Positions 12,305 to 25,394 of a stretch of 64,000 nucleotides of DNA are shown piece after piece; the first letter of the stretch is position 1, and each line of letters begins with the position of its first letter. Source of the DNA: Octopus sinensis (lineage: Eukaryota); NCBI RefSeq assembly GCF_006345805.1, contig NC_042998.1, positions 29,760,001 to 29,824,000 on the forward strand, in the 5' to 3' direction. The translations under genes were made by a program, and so were the position numbers. Below the pieces are notes generated by a model, which was given only the letters and a program-made list of their open reading frames with translations, had not been told where the DNA came from and searched no databases.

Positions 12305-13504
12305 TTATATATATTAAATAATTGTTTTCCTCTTATGGAAAATTATTTAGCAATTATATACAAAATTTTATCGACAGCTTTAAAGCCAATATCAAAATAA
12401 TTAATCACAATAATCTAAGAAACGAGACAAGCTGCATATACAAATACTCGCATATCCCTTTAATTGCTGATCAAAAACTAATGCAATCACCTATAAGGCA
12501 GAGAAGGCGTCTGAAAATCAAGCAAATATGCGTAGTATTTATGTTTGATTTTGAGAAGTGATGACAATATAAAGAAAAATAAATGACCGAAAGATATTTC
12601 AACAAAGCATTTCATCCGGAAGATGACCAAAAGAAAAGTATTTCAACCATTAAACTACGTTTTGTTATTGAAAGAAGGCAGTGTTGCAAAAACTGAATAT
12701 TCTTCTAACTTAAAAAAGGGACAGAATTGTCATTAAAAAAACTGCAGATTATGTACAATTCGGTAAAACGTCATACTTTCGGGCTATTCAAATATGAGGA
12801 GAGAGATGTCCGATCAATGCGGTCGCTCATGAAAACAGCTGCTTAAAAAAAAATTGAAAGATATTAAGGATTAACTCATAAGAGCACGAACGCACGTACG
12901 ACGTCTTCTTTTTCCCATTGTTAGTTTAAAAATCAATTTTCGATGTGTCTCTCTTTTATATCACCAAAGGTGAAATGGCTTTCACCTCAGCAACCTCTGT
13001 CGCTACTATTTCAACTTTTAATTCTACTACAATTCATCAAACTTAATTTCAACTTTCTACTCTGTAATCAAAGTAAAATATTGATACTTCAATAATTCGA
13101 CTCACCAGCATTGTCGTAAATCACCGCCCACTTGCCATAAATGATGTTTTGTTTTAAATCTCGAATCAACTCAATTTTAAATGAAATAATGCCTTTTCAT
13201 ATGTTAGTCAGTGCAAGGAAATTAATTAAAAGTAAAGCCCGTGCTATAAATTAATCTGGACATGAGCAACTGGAAGTAATTATCATCGGCTCAAATAACT
13301 TTCATGAATAGGTTCTGTAAAATATATTTCTTTCCACACTTTACTCTTTTATCTGGAGAATAATGCAGAGGCTTTCCCTAAAGTGAAATTACACATGTGA
13401 TATATTAATCAGAATGTTCAATATTGTAATACACCAGTCGACCTGCTCGAACAAAAAAAAAATTACATATAACGCATACACACACAAACATATTAAAATG
13501 GACA

Positions 13505-13785
13505 GAAAAACTGCTTCATTACAGAGCTTTGAGACTAACCTGACATCTGGGAAACACAAGCGCAAGGACACAAAGAAAGAAAGAAAGAAAGAAAGAAAGA
13601 AGATGTGAATTGTGCACGTCCAGAGCCAACTCTTCTAACAGACCACCTGTGCCCAACGTGTGGAAGAGCCTTTCTAGCAGGCATCGGTCTGATTGGCCAC
13701 AGCCGGACACATCATGCCTATCTTCTGGTCCCATTAGATGTTCTTGATCATCGTTGACAACCATGAACGAAGGATGATGATAATG
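13505..13785 (+). mobile_element. RTE (BovB-like) LINE 3' end
   Basis: Plus frame ARPEPTLLTDHLCPTCGRAFLAGIGLIGHSRTHH, a C2H2-like C-terminus typical of BovB-like RTEs; ends in tgatga repeats. Confidence 0.75.
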
Positions 13786-13899
13786 GTGTATGTGTATGAT
13801 AAATGATCTGCATCAAAGAATTTCACAAGCAATAACGAAGACTGAGAAATCAATTTATGCTTTAGAGTTGTATTCTCTCAATAATCCGTTGATAACCTT

Positions 13900-13901
13900 A
13901 C

Positions 13902-13937
<36 letters not shown>

Positions 13938-13973
13938 CACCACCACCACTACTACTACTAATACCACCACCAA

Positions 13974-14017
<44 letters not shown>

Positions 14018-14045
14018 ATAATAATAATAATAATAATAATAATTA
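13900..14045. repeat. Compound trinucleotide microsatellite (CTA)n(CCA)n(CTA)n(ATA)n
   Basis: Directly visible. Confidence 0.97.
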
Positions 14046-14511
14046 TATATACATATAGTTATGGTATATCTAGTTATGGTACATTCTGTTTAGAACGTAG
14101 TAGAGTACAGTATAAAGCTCGTCTACTTGTGCTATCCGCTAGTAGTATTATAAGTACTTCCTGGTTTGCGTTTTGGGATCTGTCGTGTGTGGATATATAA
14201 CTGAAAAAAAAAGAGTAAAAAAGAAGTGGTACTGTTGGACATTTATTTTCCAATCACTATAATTGTTTCCACGCAACGTAGTTCTCCAGGAGTGCAGGCA
14301 CTTGATTACGCAACTGTTTCCCTGCATTATGAGATCTAGTTGCGTCTCCTCAGGTGATATATAAATATTGTCTCCGTAAGTTTGAAATACTCTGATTCAA
14401 GAACCGCCCTCCCGCCCCCGTCTGTCGTAGCCTGACACTAAAAATTAATGTAAACAGCTAGGTGCAATGTAATATTATAGAGGAAAAATTTTATCGTCAC
14501 ACACACACACG

Positions 14512-14560
<49 letters not shown>

Positions 14561-14616
14561 ACACATATGTATATATACATATGTAGGTATACATATGTAT
14601 GTATATATACTGTATA

Positions 14617-15124
14617 CAGGGTAGGCCAAAACTAGTTCCCAAACTTTGATGTGTCCCAATTATATGACTCTATTAGTTTTGTAGTTTCTTGATGTTGTTA
14701 TTATTTCTATACGCCGTTGGTTATTTTCGGTGTCTTTTTGATAGAGTTGACAGTAGACGTGTCGAATTTTGTGCGTGAATGCTGGCAGGAGCCCGAGATT
14801 CCACATTTTATGATCGATTTATTTTCTCTAAGGAAGCGACCTTCAATGTTTCTGGTCACATCAATCGCCATACCTACTTCTATTATTCAGAAGACGACCC
14901 TGAAGTGTCTCAGTCAACTTTCCGAACAAATGGGTCAAAATACATTCGCCAGTTTGACCAGGCGTTACGAGTCGTGCATAGCAACGAACAGCCGTCACAG
15001 TCAATGACTTGTCAAATTGATGTTCCCTTGGTGTTTCATGTCAAAATTCTTTTAGTTTTTCAATTTCATTATATTTCATGTATTTTTTGCGAAAACTAAA
15101 TTGGGGTACTAATTTTGACCCCCC

Positions 15125-15127
<3 letters not shown>
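14617..15127 (+). mobile_element. Internally deleted Tc1/mariner-superfamily element
   Basis: Imperfect TIRs cagggtaggccaaaactagttcccaa and ttggggtactaattttgacccccc, TA flanks. Peptides RVEFCA*ML...DRFIFSKEATFNVSGHINRH and FASLTRRYESCIATNSRH. Confidence 0.75.
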
Positions 15128-15159
<32 letters not shown>

Positions 15160-15381
15160 AAATACTAAATTTCTAAATCTCTCGTAGAGACATGTACGGT
15201 GGTGGGGCGATAGAATGGTTGTATAGTGTCAATCTAACACGAACGTGACAGTAGAGGGGTACACCACCGCTGTATAGCCCTAGGAAGCATCGACGCCTCC
15301 TGATGGCTTTGACACATTTTCCCTGTGTCCTTATATACATTTACGAAGGGGAGACAAACACCCCCGGCCGCCGGAGCTGCA

Positions 15382-15426
15382 TCTAGGGTCACGTGTTTCA
15401 GGTTCATTGTCCTTCATCGGCCTAGA
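15382..15426 (-). ncRNA. Type I hammerhead, mutated copy (F2)
   Basis: Same as 15616-15660 except U16.1 to A (15389) and a stem II mismatch (15403); predicted inactive. Confidence 0.6.
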
Positions 15427-15615
15427 GTAGCAGACACCGGTCAGCTGGCGATATTTGTCTCGACTTCGTATTGTATATATCTATAATTCAGTGAAGTCTA
15501 TTCACTGATTATCAAAATAAGAAATACTAAATTTCTAAATCTCTCGTAGAGGCATGTACGGTGGTGGGGCGATAGAATGGTTGTATACTGTCAATCTAAC
15601 ACGAACGTCTGCTAC

Positions 15616-15660
15616 TCTAGGCCGATGAAGGACAATGATCCTGAAACACGTGTCCCTAGA
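15616..15660 (+). ncRNA. Type I minimal hammerhead ribozyme candidate, U4C core (F2)
   Basis: tctagg | CCGATGA | agga caatga tcct | GAA | ACACGTGT | C | cctaga: 6-bp stem I, 4-bp stem II, palindromic helix III, GUC triplet. Confidence 0.72.
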
Positions 15661-15824
15661 TGCAGCTCCGGCGGCCGGGGGTGTTTGTCTCCCCTTCGTA
15701 AATGTATTTAAGGACACAGGAAAAATGTGTCAAAGCCATCAGGAGGCGTCGATGCTTCTCAGGGCTATACAGCGGTGGTGTACCCCCCTACTGTCACGTT
15801 CGAGTTAGATTGACAGTATACAAC

Positions 15825-15857
<33 letters not shown>

Positions 15858-16599
15858 ATCACAGGTCAGTCATATATAAAAAAATTAGCTCTAATTGATA
15901 AAGGTTAACCAGCATCCACTGAAAAGATACAAGAGTATGTAACTGTGTATTTTCACATTTCTCTGTCTTCAGAATTACACATGTTGGAGTCATAATGCAG
16001 TATTTCACTTGAACTCTTCCTATTTGCTTTATTTATCTGCTTCTCTGTTTCTTTACTTGGCACTTTTATGACTATAGATAACCAAAATGTGAAAAACATA
16101 TATCAACTATAACAATATATCAACATATAATACCAATATATCAACCAATACCACTATATCAACATATATTACCTAATACCAATATTTCGAATCTTCCTAA
16201 TCTTTATGTGTGCTACCTAATTTGTTTGCATTTTCAGATACCTCATATCTGCAAAGTACATAAAATACTTATGTAGTCATAAATCGCTAATGCCAAAATA
16301 CCTTTTTTTTTGCAAATACATATTACTATTAAACGAATATTACGTTTTTTTTTTATTTTTTGGACACTATATTTGTGTAACTTGTTTATTGCCCATACCT
16401 AAAACATATAATAAATGTGAAATGATTTTTTTCATACTTTGCTTTTGTGACTCTGTTATTGTTATTTTGAAAGTTACCTATATTTCTGAACATTCCAGAC
16501 AGTGTTTTCTGAATAAATTACATAATAGAAAATTTGTTTAGACTTTCAAAAATGTTCTCTAACATTCAAAGTTTTTCTGGAACTTTTCATTACTATAAT

Positions 16600-16975
16600 G
16601 GAAGCACTCCGTCGGTTACGACGACGAGGGTTCCGGTTGATCCGAATCAACGGAACAGCTTGCTCGTGAAATTAACGTGTAAGTGGCTGAGCACTCCACA
16701 GACACGTGTACCCTTAACGTAGTTCTCGGGGATATTCAGCGTGACACAGAGAGTGACAAGGCCGGCCCTTTGAAATACAGGTACAACAGAAACAGGAAGT
16801 AAGAGAAAGTTGTGGTGAAAGAGTACAGCAGGGATCACGCCCCCCCTGCCGGAGCCTCGTGGAGCTTTAGGTGTTTTCGCTCAATAAACACTCACAACGC
16901 CCGGTCTGGGAATCGAAACCGCGATCCTATGACCGCGAGTCCGCTGCCCTAACCACTGGGCCATTGCGCCTCCAC
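16600..16975 (-). mobile_element. SINE family C (tRNA-derived), full length
   Basis: Head ggaggcgcaatggcccagtggttagg; 13-bp TSD tcattactataat (16587-16599 and 16976-16988). Confidence 0.92.
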
Positions 16976-18419
16976 TCATTACTATAATTAATAACATAAG
17001 CACAAGGACCCTAAGCTCACGACTTCAGTTTTTTTCTTAATGGATAGGACTATTTGTATAAATGAGAGTTAAGAGGTTACAAGCAAGTTATATGTTCATT
17101 TTGCTATGTCTATAGTCAATGTATCAATAAAACAGCGAACATGTTTTGTTGGAACAATATATCGAGTACTTTTGATTCCCCGTTGCAAGCACTGAAAAAG
17201 TAAAACTTCGATAGTTAATATTTACAAATTTTATTTGTGTGAAGAGGAGATTGTTTTATTATAAAAAAAATTATCATAATGTTTGTTTTTAAATTTTAAA
17301 ATATCGTTTTAAAAGTTCTAATATTATAGAAAAATATATCATATTTGAAAAATGAAGGAGTACCCCTGACATATTAATCTCGGTAAACGAGATTTATATT
17401 ATCTTCATAAAAATTTGGTTTTGCACTTTTGAAGGATGTAACGATGGAGAAAGAAAGCCTTGAAGATTGTAGCGCAATAATCCATGGAACACTGAAACAA
17501 TTGGCCCTTCTGTATAGTGCCGCCCAAAATGTTGTATTGGTATCTGCTCTTTTGTGCCCGGATATCCATTATCGATAATCACGGTGTTACACAGTTCAAA
17601 GTTCCTTGAACACGTTCTGCTGGAAAGGACGAGATAGAGGAACTTTCTTCAAACGAAAGTAGCAAATCAGAACAGGACGAACACATTTTAGGTGCACATT
17701 TTAATTTCAGAGGTACAGGTAAAAAGAAAATAAAGCCATGATAATATTCAAACCAACAAGACGTCACAAATTTATATGCCGGATCGGTGGAACTCTTTTG
17801 ACAAAAGTATGGACCTCGCAAATTAGACGGAGCGACACCTGAGCTTTTCACATGACAAGATCGGCTATGCTTCCGTCGAACTGAAATAAATCAATAAGAA
17901 AGACCTGTAACACAAAAAGAATGACCTGTAATGCTCATGGGTGACGCCTCTTTACTGATAACTCATCCTGGAGTGACATGGCCGGAAAATGTAACGGTTT
18001 CTTTTGTTGGTTCCTCACGCCGTACACCTGAAAAAAGAATGCAGCAGGGATAAGTGTTAGAAGTCCTGATACTTGATGTAGCTTAATGCAAACTTCAAAC
18101 TGGATTATTCTAGTTGTATCAAAAGCAGTTTGAATAACTTTTCTTACTACCTTTAGCTTTGAGATAGCAGGAACTCTATCCATTGTTTTCTTTGTATAGG
18201 ACTTACGTCAACTGTGGACTATTTTGGAAGCTCTGAAATTTGTTGCTTCCACTACTGCACATGCAGTCAGGTTTTATGAAATAATTTGTAATGTCGGTTG
18301 CTAATACGTCTATAGTGTTCAGGATTTGTTACCTAAGTAATCTGAGGCAATTCTCTTTGTCACACTTCCTAGAGCTCACGGAATTCCTCAAAATAGTTAG
18401 CGGAAAGGAGAAAGCAACT

Positions 18420-18888
18420 TCAAGGTTTAATGTCACAATCACTAGTTGAAATTATGGTGAAGAGTTACAGAGAATTGGGTGGTATGAGGTCACTGAATAT
18501 GTAGAACCTTTACGTTCATCGTAAATTCAAGGAATCCATGGAGGCGTAGGAAGCATGGCACTGGGAACATTTTTTCGAAGATATATACGAAGATGTGGAG
18601 GCGCATGGCTTAGTGGTTAGGGTGTTGAACTCATGATCCTAGGGTTGTGGTTTCCATTCCTGGACTGGGCGATGCGTTGTGTTGTTGAGCAAAACACTTC
18701 ATTTCACGTTGCTCCAGTCCACTCAGCCGGCAAAAATGAGTAATCTTGCGATGGACTGGCGTCCCGTCCAGGTGGGGAATGTCTGCGCCACTGAAACCTG
18801 GAAACCGGCCCTCGTGAGCCTGGCATGGCTCGAGAAGGAACATATATACGAAGATATACTGGACTTTGAACGTGGCTACCTATGAGAG
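18420..18888 (+). mobile_element. Degenerate DNA-transposase fragment, possibly CMC/Chapaev-like, interrupted by SINE D
   Basis: With the SINE removed it reads SLVEIMVKSYRELGGMRSLNM*...HWEHFFEDIYEDILDFERGY, which resembles my recollection of the LVENML..Y..LG..MSLK...HGERFHQDI..ERRY motif. Not database-checked. Confidence 0.4.
18595..18841 (+). mobile_element. SINE family D, full length
   Basis: Head gtggaggcgcatggcttagtggttagg; 14-bp TSD atatatacgaagat (18581-18594 and 18842-18855). Confidence 0.9.
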
Positions 18889-18950
18889 TATTACATTGCA
18901 ATGGTAAATCTCAAATTATTCACTTCTGTCATTTGAGTTCAGTTTATATA

Positions 18951-19161
18951 ACTTTACTTTTACTTTTACTTGTTTCAGTCATTTGACTGCGGCCATGCTG
19001 GAGCACCGCCTTTAGTCGAGCAAATCGACCCCGGGACTTATTCTTTGTAAGCCCAGTACTTATTCTATCGGTTTCTTTTTGCCGAACCGCTAGTGACGGG
19101 GACGTAAACACACCAGCATCGGTTGTCAAGCAATGCTAGGGGGACAAACACAGACACACAA

Positions 19162-19215
<54 letters not shown>

Positions 19216-19389
19216 GTACATACGACAGGATTCTTTCAGTTTCCGTCTACCAAATCCACTCACAAGGCTTTGGTCGGCCCGAGGCTATAGTAGAAGACAT
19301 TTGCCCAAGGTGCCACGCAGTGGGACTGAACCCGGAACCATGTAGTTCATAAGCAAGCTACTTACCACACAGCCACTCCTGCGCCTATA
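18951..19389 (-). mobile_element. SINE family B (CORE-like, internal TA/CA microsatellite), full length
   Basis: Head aggagtggctgtgtggtaagtagc, CORE-like gcaccttgggcaa, tail gaaacaagtaaaagtaaaag. Confidence 0.9.
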
Positions 19390-19940
19390 ATTCATGTGCA
19401 TATTAATTTCACTTCCTCTGTTCTTTTGTGTTGTTTTGTTTTTACTGAATTGAAGGAAGGGAAACATGTGTAAATTCGTCCATTCATACATGGGAATGAG
19501 TTAAAACTCAGAATATCCTTATCCAAGTCACAAAAGCAAAGATTGAAAGGGAAATAGCCAGTTTCAGTACTTTTACATCGTAAGCAATTATCAAGCAATA
19601 TTGAATAACGAGGAAGAAAATTGTGTTACGTAGCATAAATACTTATATCAGTCAATAATCATTCTATAAAGGGGCGTTTATAAGAGTAATAATTTGAATG
19701 CATAAAAAAAATATATATATTGGAAAAGTTTTTCCATTTTATCAGCGTTTAACTGAATGAATTATTTTGAAAAAACTTGCGAACAAAAGACGTGCAAAAC
19801 TTTATCAAAATATTTTACTAAAATCATGAATCTGCCAGTCTGAAGAGGAAAAATTTCGGAAATGGACATTTCGCGAGATTTTTTATTAGGGAAATTTCTT
19901 TTAGTAATAAACATTGAGATCTCAAGATTCCTTAGTCTTA

Positions 19941-20365
19941 GGCGGCGCGCTGGCAGAGTCGTTTGCACGCCAGTCGAAATGCTTACCGATATTTCGTCTG
20001 CCGTTATGTTCTGAGTTCAAATTCCACCGTGGTCGACTTTGCCTTTTATTCTTTCAGAGTCATTTAAATAAGTTCCAGTTACGAACTGGGGTCGATGCAA
20101 TCGACTTAATCCCTTTGTCTATCCTTTTTTGTAACCTCTATGTTTATCCCCACCGTGGGCATTAATGAAATAAATATTTCCTTATTCGAAGGTTGCAAAC
20201 GAACTGACAGAATCATTAACACACCGAGAAAATGCTTAGAGGCCTTTTTAGGCCCATTTTTACGTTTTAAATCCAAATTACACCGGGGTCGACTTTGCTT
20301 TTCCTCGGGGGTCGATGAAATAAATACCAGCTGAACACTGGTGTTGATGTAATCAACTTATCGAA
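19941..20365 (+). mobile_element. Two diverged SINE A copies
   Basis: Head ggcggcgcgctggcagagtcg; a second decayed copy from about 20195. Confidence 0.7.
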
Positions 20366-21673
20366 AATGCAAAAAACAATACACAACATTTTACTAAGAT
20401 AGATATTTCGAATTTTTCTCCTCTTGTTTACAACTTAATTTCCTACATTCCACGAAATCTAACAAGTTCAGAATCAATGTATCACAAATGCAAAGAAGTT
20501 TATTTTTATTCTCTACTATTTTATGTAAAATAATTATTTTATTCTAACTACTTTTCGCCACTCGATAAATCGTCGATAATTATGGTACTTTTCCTTTTTA
20601 ATTTTTTCGAAAAGCTTTGATAAATTCATCAAAGGTTTACAGCTGCTATTTTAGCAAAGATAAATTATTCTTCATTTTTTATTTTTATGTGTGTGTTTTC
20701 TTCTGCTAGATAGCATTTAAATTCTCCCCTTTTGCTTTGACTAGATTTTGTTTTTGAGATCTACGAGAACGAAATGTAATAATGATCAATGTTGAAACTT
20801 TGGTTCAAGGGAAACATCTTAATCTTACACTTTTATTTGCAAAAAAAAGAAGAAAAAAAACAAACAAATTGGATACAGAAGATATCATATTTTAAGAAAG
20901 TTACCAAGTGAGCTGTAAAAATATATAAAACATCATTTTTCTTAATACCAAATTAGATTGTAATCTAATGTTGATATGATTGAGTGTTCAGCAACTCAGT
21001 TGGAAAGTAATTCGTTCGAATTCAACCGAACAATGTGCTGAAGTCGTTTAATATGAATACGTAACACATGTATAAAAATTAACATAAGTTACACAGCAAA
21101 TTGTCTCAGCTGAGGCAACTCTAGTTACTGTCTTATAACTAGAGTTGCATCGGTATGATGCCTAAAACCTTGATTTCAAAGATGCAGGATAGCATGGGCA
21201 TGATACTGTGCAAATACGCTAGCAGATATGGGTTTATTCTCTCCAGTGAAATACCCCTTAGATACCCTTAGATACAGGTGAGGTGCCAAATATTTAAGAG
21301 TGGTTTAAAACAAAATGCCTTATACACTAGTGACGTTTATGAAGTACCACTGACAAACACGCTTATAATGCAGTTTACTCTTAGTATTTATTGACGTTGG
21401 AATTACTTTCCAAACAGATTTTTGATAATCAGTTGATGTATTCAGATAACGGCATAGATATTTTAATAGTTATTTGATACCAACTTATTAATTTGTTCAA
21501 ATCCTGCGCACATCAACTTTGCCTTCCTTTTACCGAATATATAAAATAAAGTCTCATTGATGTGTTAGGATCAAGGGCATCGATTGGCCAGCTTTCCTCA
21601 AAATTGGTTTTCCTTGTGCTTAAACTAGAAGCCATTATAAACCTCTTTGGAACCGATGCGATATATGTATATG

Positions 21674-21932
21674 TGGCGGCGAGCTGGCGGACATATGCCT
21701 AGGGCGGCGAGCTGGCGAACACGTTAGCACCCCAGGCGAAATGCGTAGCCCTGTTTCGTTTGCCGTTACGTTCTGAGTTCAAATTCCGCCGAGGTTGACT
21801 TTGCCTTTCATCCTCCCGGGGTCGATAAATTAAGTACCAGTTACACACTGGGGTCGATGTAATCGACTTAATCCCTATGTCTGTCCTTGTTTGTTCCCTC
21901 TATGTTTAGCCCCTTGTGGACAATAAAGAAAT
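21674..21932 (+). mobile_element. SINE A with duplicated 5' head
   Basis: ggcggcgagctggcg occurs at 21674 and again at 21703, followed by a full body. Confidence 0.88.
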
Positions 21933-23284
21933 ATATATGCATATGTGTGCATGTGTCATCTGGTGTACTACGTGTCTTTTGCTTGATCCCTGGTCAACCT
22001 TAATTAAGCAGACTTATGACTTTGGAACTGAATTGTGACCACCCCATCAGTTTAGGCGTATGTCCAGGACTAAACTATGCCATTTCCTTTCCAAATTACA
22101 CATAGTAGGAGATACATTCAAGAAGAGAAGTCTACTACCTCTAGCATATTGAGCGATTACGTAGATGGAAGTGTTCTGACATTGAAAACTAATAGCTTGT
22201 TGAGTGGTGTGAAGTGTAATATAAAATTCTACAAAGAAGCGCTTCTATTGTTTGATTTCACTCCATTTTTTAGTATGAATTTAACATACCTTAGGTTCGT
22301 AATGTGTCAACTAATTGCTTTCCATTACTAAAGTGGTCTCACCTGAACGCATATGTGGGGAACACAGTAAAACAATAATCTGCTAAATAAATTAAAGAAC
22401 ATATCTTCCTTCAGATAAGATTAAAAATGAAAATAATTTAAATCTATCTCTGCAAATCAGAAGACAGATCCTAGCATCTGTGACCCAGTTTCTTTGCCTG
22501 CCTCTTATCATTTATAGCCAATTACCCAACCAATGCCCGTAGCAAAAGTAATCAACAATTTAAACTACTTTCATAAACATTTACACTGAACAATCTCGTG
22601 CAAAAAATAAGTGTGAGCTCACAATTTTCTCTTTCTCGTACACACAAATTAAAAGTAGTGAATGCTTTCACAATTTTTGCTAAATATATAATCATCATAA
22701 AATACACTCATTAATTCTCTTTATTAAATATTTCATGAATAACCATATTAATTACAAAGAATGAGACATACGTTTTATGTTAATTATTCTTAATTGTTTG
22801 CAGAATTTGTTTGCAATATAAATTATTTTACAGATTTATATTTTGAACTTTGACATGAATACCATAATAATCGACTAATTATTGGTTTCGTTTTAACCTA
22901 AACTGCTCTTTTTGAAACATAATCATCTAATTTAAATGATGCAGGTGCTCATAGTATTTCTTAAACTTTGGTCTACCATGCGCAATATGTGGCGTTTGAG
23001 ACGTGACCATATCTCTTTTGGTCGCTTTTTCATAATTCAGTGTATCCTATTATAAGTTGTTAGCGAATGAGTGAAGAGAGATTTGGTTTTTATCTTCTAT
23101 TAAACATGAGTGATTCCATAAATTCTCGTCCATCGGAAATGAGCGAGTACTGAATTAAAAAAAAAGAAGATAGCCTTCTTTTCGCCGCATTCTTGAATCA
23201 AATCCGACCAAAGTCAGTATCGAAATATTCCTTATATAAACGAATCTCTTCATATGAACCGATTTTTCTTTTCTCATCAGCTAG

Positions 23285-23610
23285 ATGGGAAGTGGCACTC
23301 CGGCGGTTACGACGACGAGGGTTCCAGCTGATCTGCTCAACGGAAGAGCCCGCTCGTGAAATTAACGTGCAAGTGGCTGCGCACTCCATAGACAGGTGTA
23401 CCCTTAACGTAGTTCTCTGGGAGATTTAGCGTGGCACAGCGTGCGACAAGGCTGGCCCTTTGAAATACGGGCACAACAGAAACAGGAAGAAAGGGTGAAA
23501 GAAAGTTGTGGAGAAAGAGTACAGCAGGGTTCCCCACTACCCACTGCCGGAGCCTCGTGGAGCTTTAGGTGTTTTCGCTCAATAAACACTCACATCACCC
23601 GCTCTGGGAA
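23285..23610 (-). mobile_element. SINE C, 5'-truncated and diverged
   Basis: Matches the body of the 16600 and 43540 copies. Confidence 0.85.
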
Positions 23611-23967
23611 TAAAAACTTACATAGAGGAGAATTGAATTCATAAGTTAAAAATTCGCAATAAACACTGCAGGGCACTTCATCCGATAATATAACTCTATC
23701 AATCGGGGACGTGCCGCCTAGATATACAAGATAGACAGTGCCTACCTCGAGTAAAATAGTTCGATAGCAACATCTTCCTCTCATAGCAAAATATATGCCT
23801 CTCGGTACTAATACTACTTCAATTAAATATATATATATATATATCAGTCAAAATTATATATATATATACCGGAGTAAGCACATAAATGTGATACAAGTTG
23901 GAAAAAAGAGTACTCAAATACCAGAGGTAGAGTAATATGCTTTATTTACAAGCAGCAGAAATATAAC

Positions 23968-24015
23968 AAAAGCTGTTACTCAGAGTTTCACGTTCCCGTT
24001 CGTCGGACAGTTTTT
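23968..24015 (-). ncRNA. Type I minimal hammerhead candidate, CCGACGA core (family F3)
   Basis: Minus strand: ctgt | CCGACGA | acg ggaa cgt | GAA | ACTC t GAGT | A | acag. Stem I extends by aaaa/tttt after one mismatch. Confidence 0.62.
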
Positions 24016-24162
24016 AACAAATGCTCCTAATTCAATAAAATCATGAAGGTTACTCTGATTACTATGCATAAAATGCAAAATATCAAATTTTTTTTTGTAG
24101 ATTAGGTAGGCATAATTTCGCCCCTGCTTTTCAGTCTCGGTATTTAAGCTACGCATAGTACT

Positions 24163-24379
24163 TATTTCTTTATTACCCACAAGGGGCTAAACATAGAGGG
24201 GACAGACATGGACAGACATAGGTATTAAGTCGATTATATCTACACCAGTGCTTAATTTATCGACCCCGAAAGGATGAAAGGCAAAGTCGACCTCGGCGGA
24301 ATTTGAACTCACAACGTAACGGCAGCCGAAATACCGCTAAGCATTTCGCCCGACGTGGCTAACGATTCTGCCAGCTCGC
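24163..24379 (-). mobile_element. SINE A
   Basis: TSD cgcatagtact (24152-24162 and 24380-24390). Confidence 0.9.
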
Positions 24380-25330
24380 CGCATAGTACTGCTGTAGCAC
24401 ACATGCTGCGTACATTTCAACAACAACGTTTTCTTTACGTGCTATAAAAGCAGAAGTAAATCTGACTTCAACTCTGTCACGCTCTTATGTTTCGCTTATT
24501 TTTTGTGTGTTTTACTATATAAAGGTCACCAACTGCCTACCCTAAGTAAAAACTGATGGCACATGCCTGCTATCAATATCCAACCATGTGCTATGTTCCT
24601 GACGTTACAATACAGTTCATCGTTTAGTAAGTATCACAGTGGAGAAACCGATAACTGGTTTCAATTCCAGGTGAACGTATTTTTTTCTAAGGCATTGTTC
24701 ATATTTGCTTATGTTGTAACTGAAGATATTTTAAATGCAGTAAATAGTCCAGTAACTCAAAACTTCACTCCCTTAGGTACATATAAAATCTTAATGTGCT
24801 AATCCGCTTGTTAGGGCTGCTATTTCTCTGTGCAATACCCTCCATGAATGAGTTAGAACAATCTCAAAACCTTTACTGCGAGCAGGCAATGCAATTTTTG
24901 CTATACCCCGTTTCTCAAAAATATTGGAAAACTTAGGGATTCAATTTCTGTTGCTGATATCTGGTTTCCTTTTCAGTGCAACACAGTGGAACAGGGGCAA
25001 CCTTAGAATCTCTCAGGCCATCTTCATACACCAAAGGAAACCAAATATCGACAACAGAAGACAGTTACAGGAAGCTAACTGGTTGCTATAGCAACACCTT
25101 TCTGCGTGTGACCACTCCACACGCGCTCACATACAAGCAGATTGGCAACATTCGTCAATTTCTTGAAAGTAGGGTCATAACCTCGAAATATTGAATGCAA
25201 GGTAGGTTTACATTAATTCATATATTTGTTTCGTCGTGATTTGCTTTGCATTTACTTCACATTGTTCTGGTCTTACCCACGATCCTTTCTACAATATATG
25301 CTACACGATGCTTCATAGAAATTATTCCAT

Positions 25331-25391
<61 letters not shown>

Positions 25392-25394
25392 AGT

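Larger units (their letters stand above)
15156..15832. mobile_element. Hammerhead-bearing element family F2 (PLE terminal-repeat or retrozyme-like): about 1.25 tandem units of 362 bp plus a 226-bp inverted copy, flanked by (TA)n
   Basis: 15156-15246 repeats at 15518-15608; 15210-15435 is the reverse complement of 15607-15832. Confidence 0.8.

Noticed and set aside
13790-14200. ORFs with poly-L/P/I, poly-E or IY repeats (also 28388-28764, 29767-30226, 35294-36963, 49405-49693, 53087-53375)
   Set aside because: Translations of microsatellites.
13106-22380. Further exon-like snippets (about 13106-13197, about 22340-22380; also about 51785-51854)
   Set aside because: Weak acceptors or very short lengths, and no consistent phase chain or homology.
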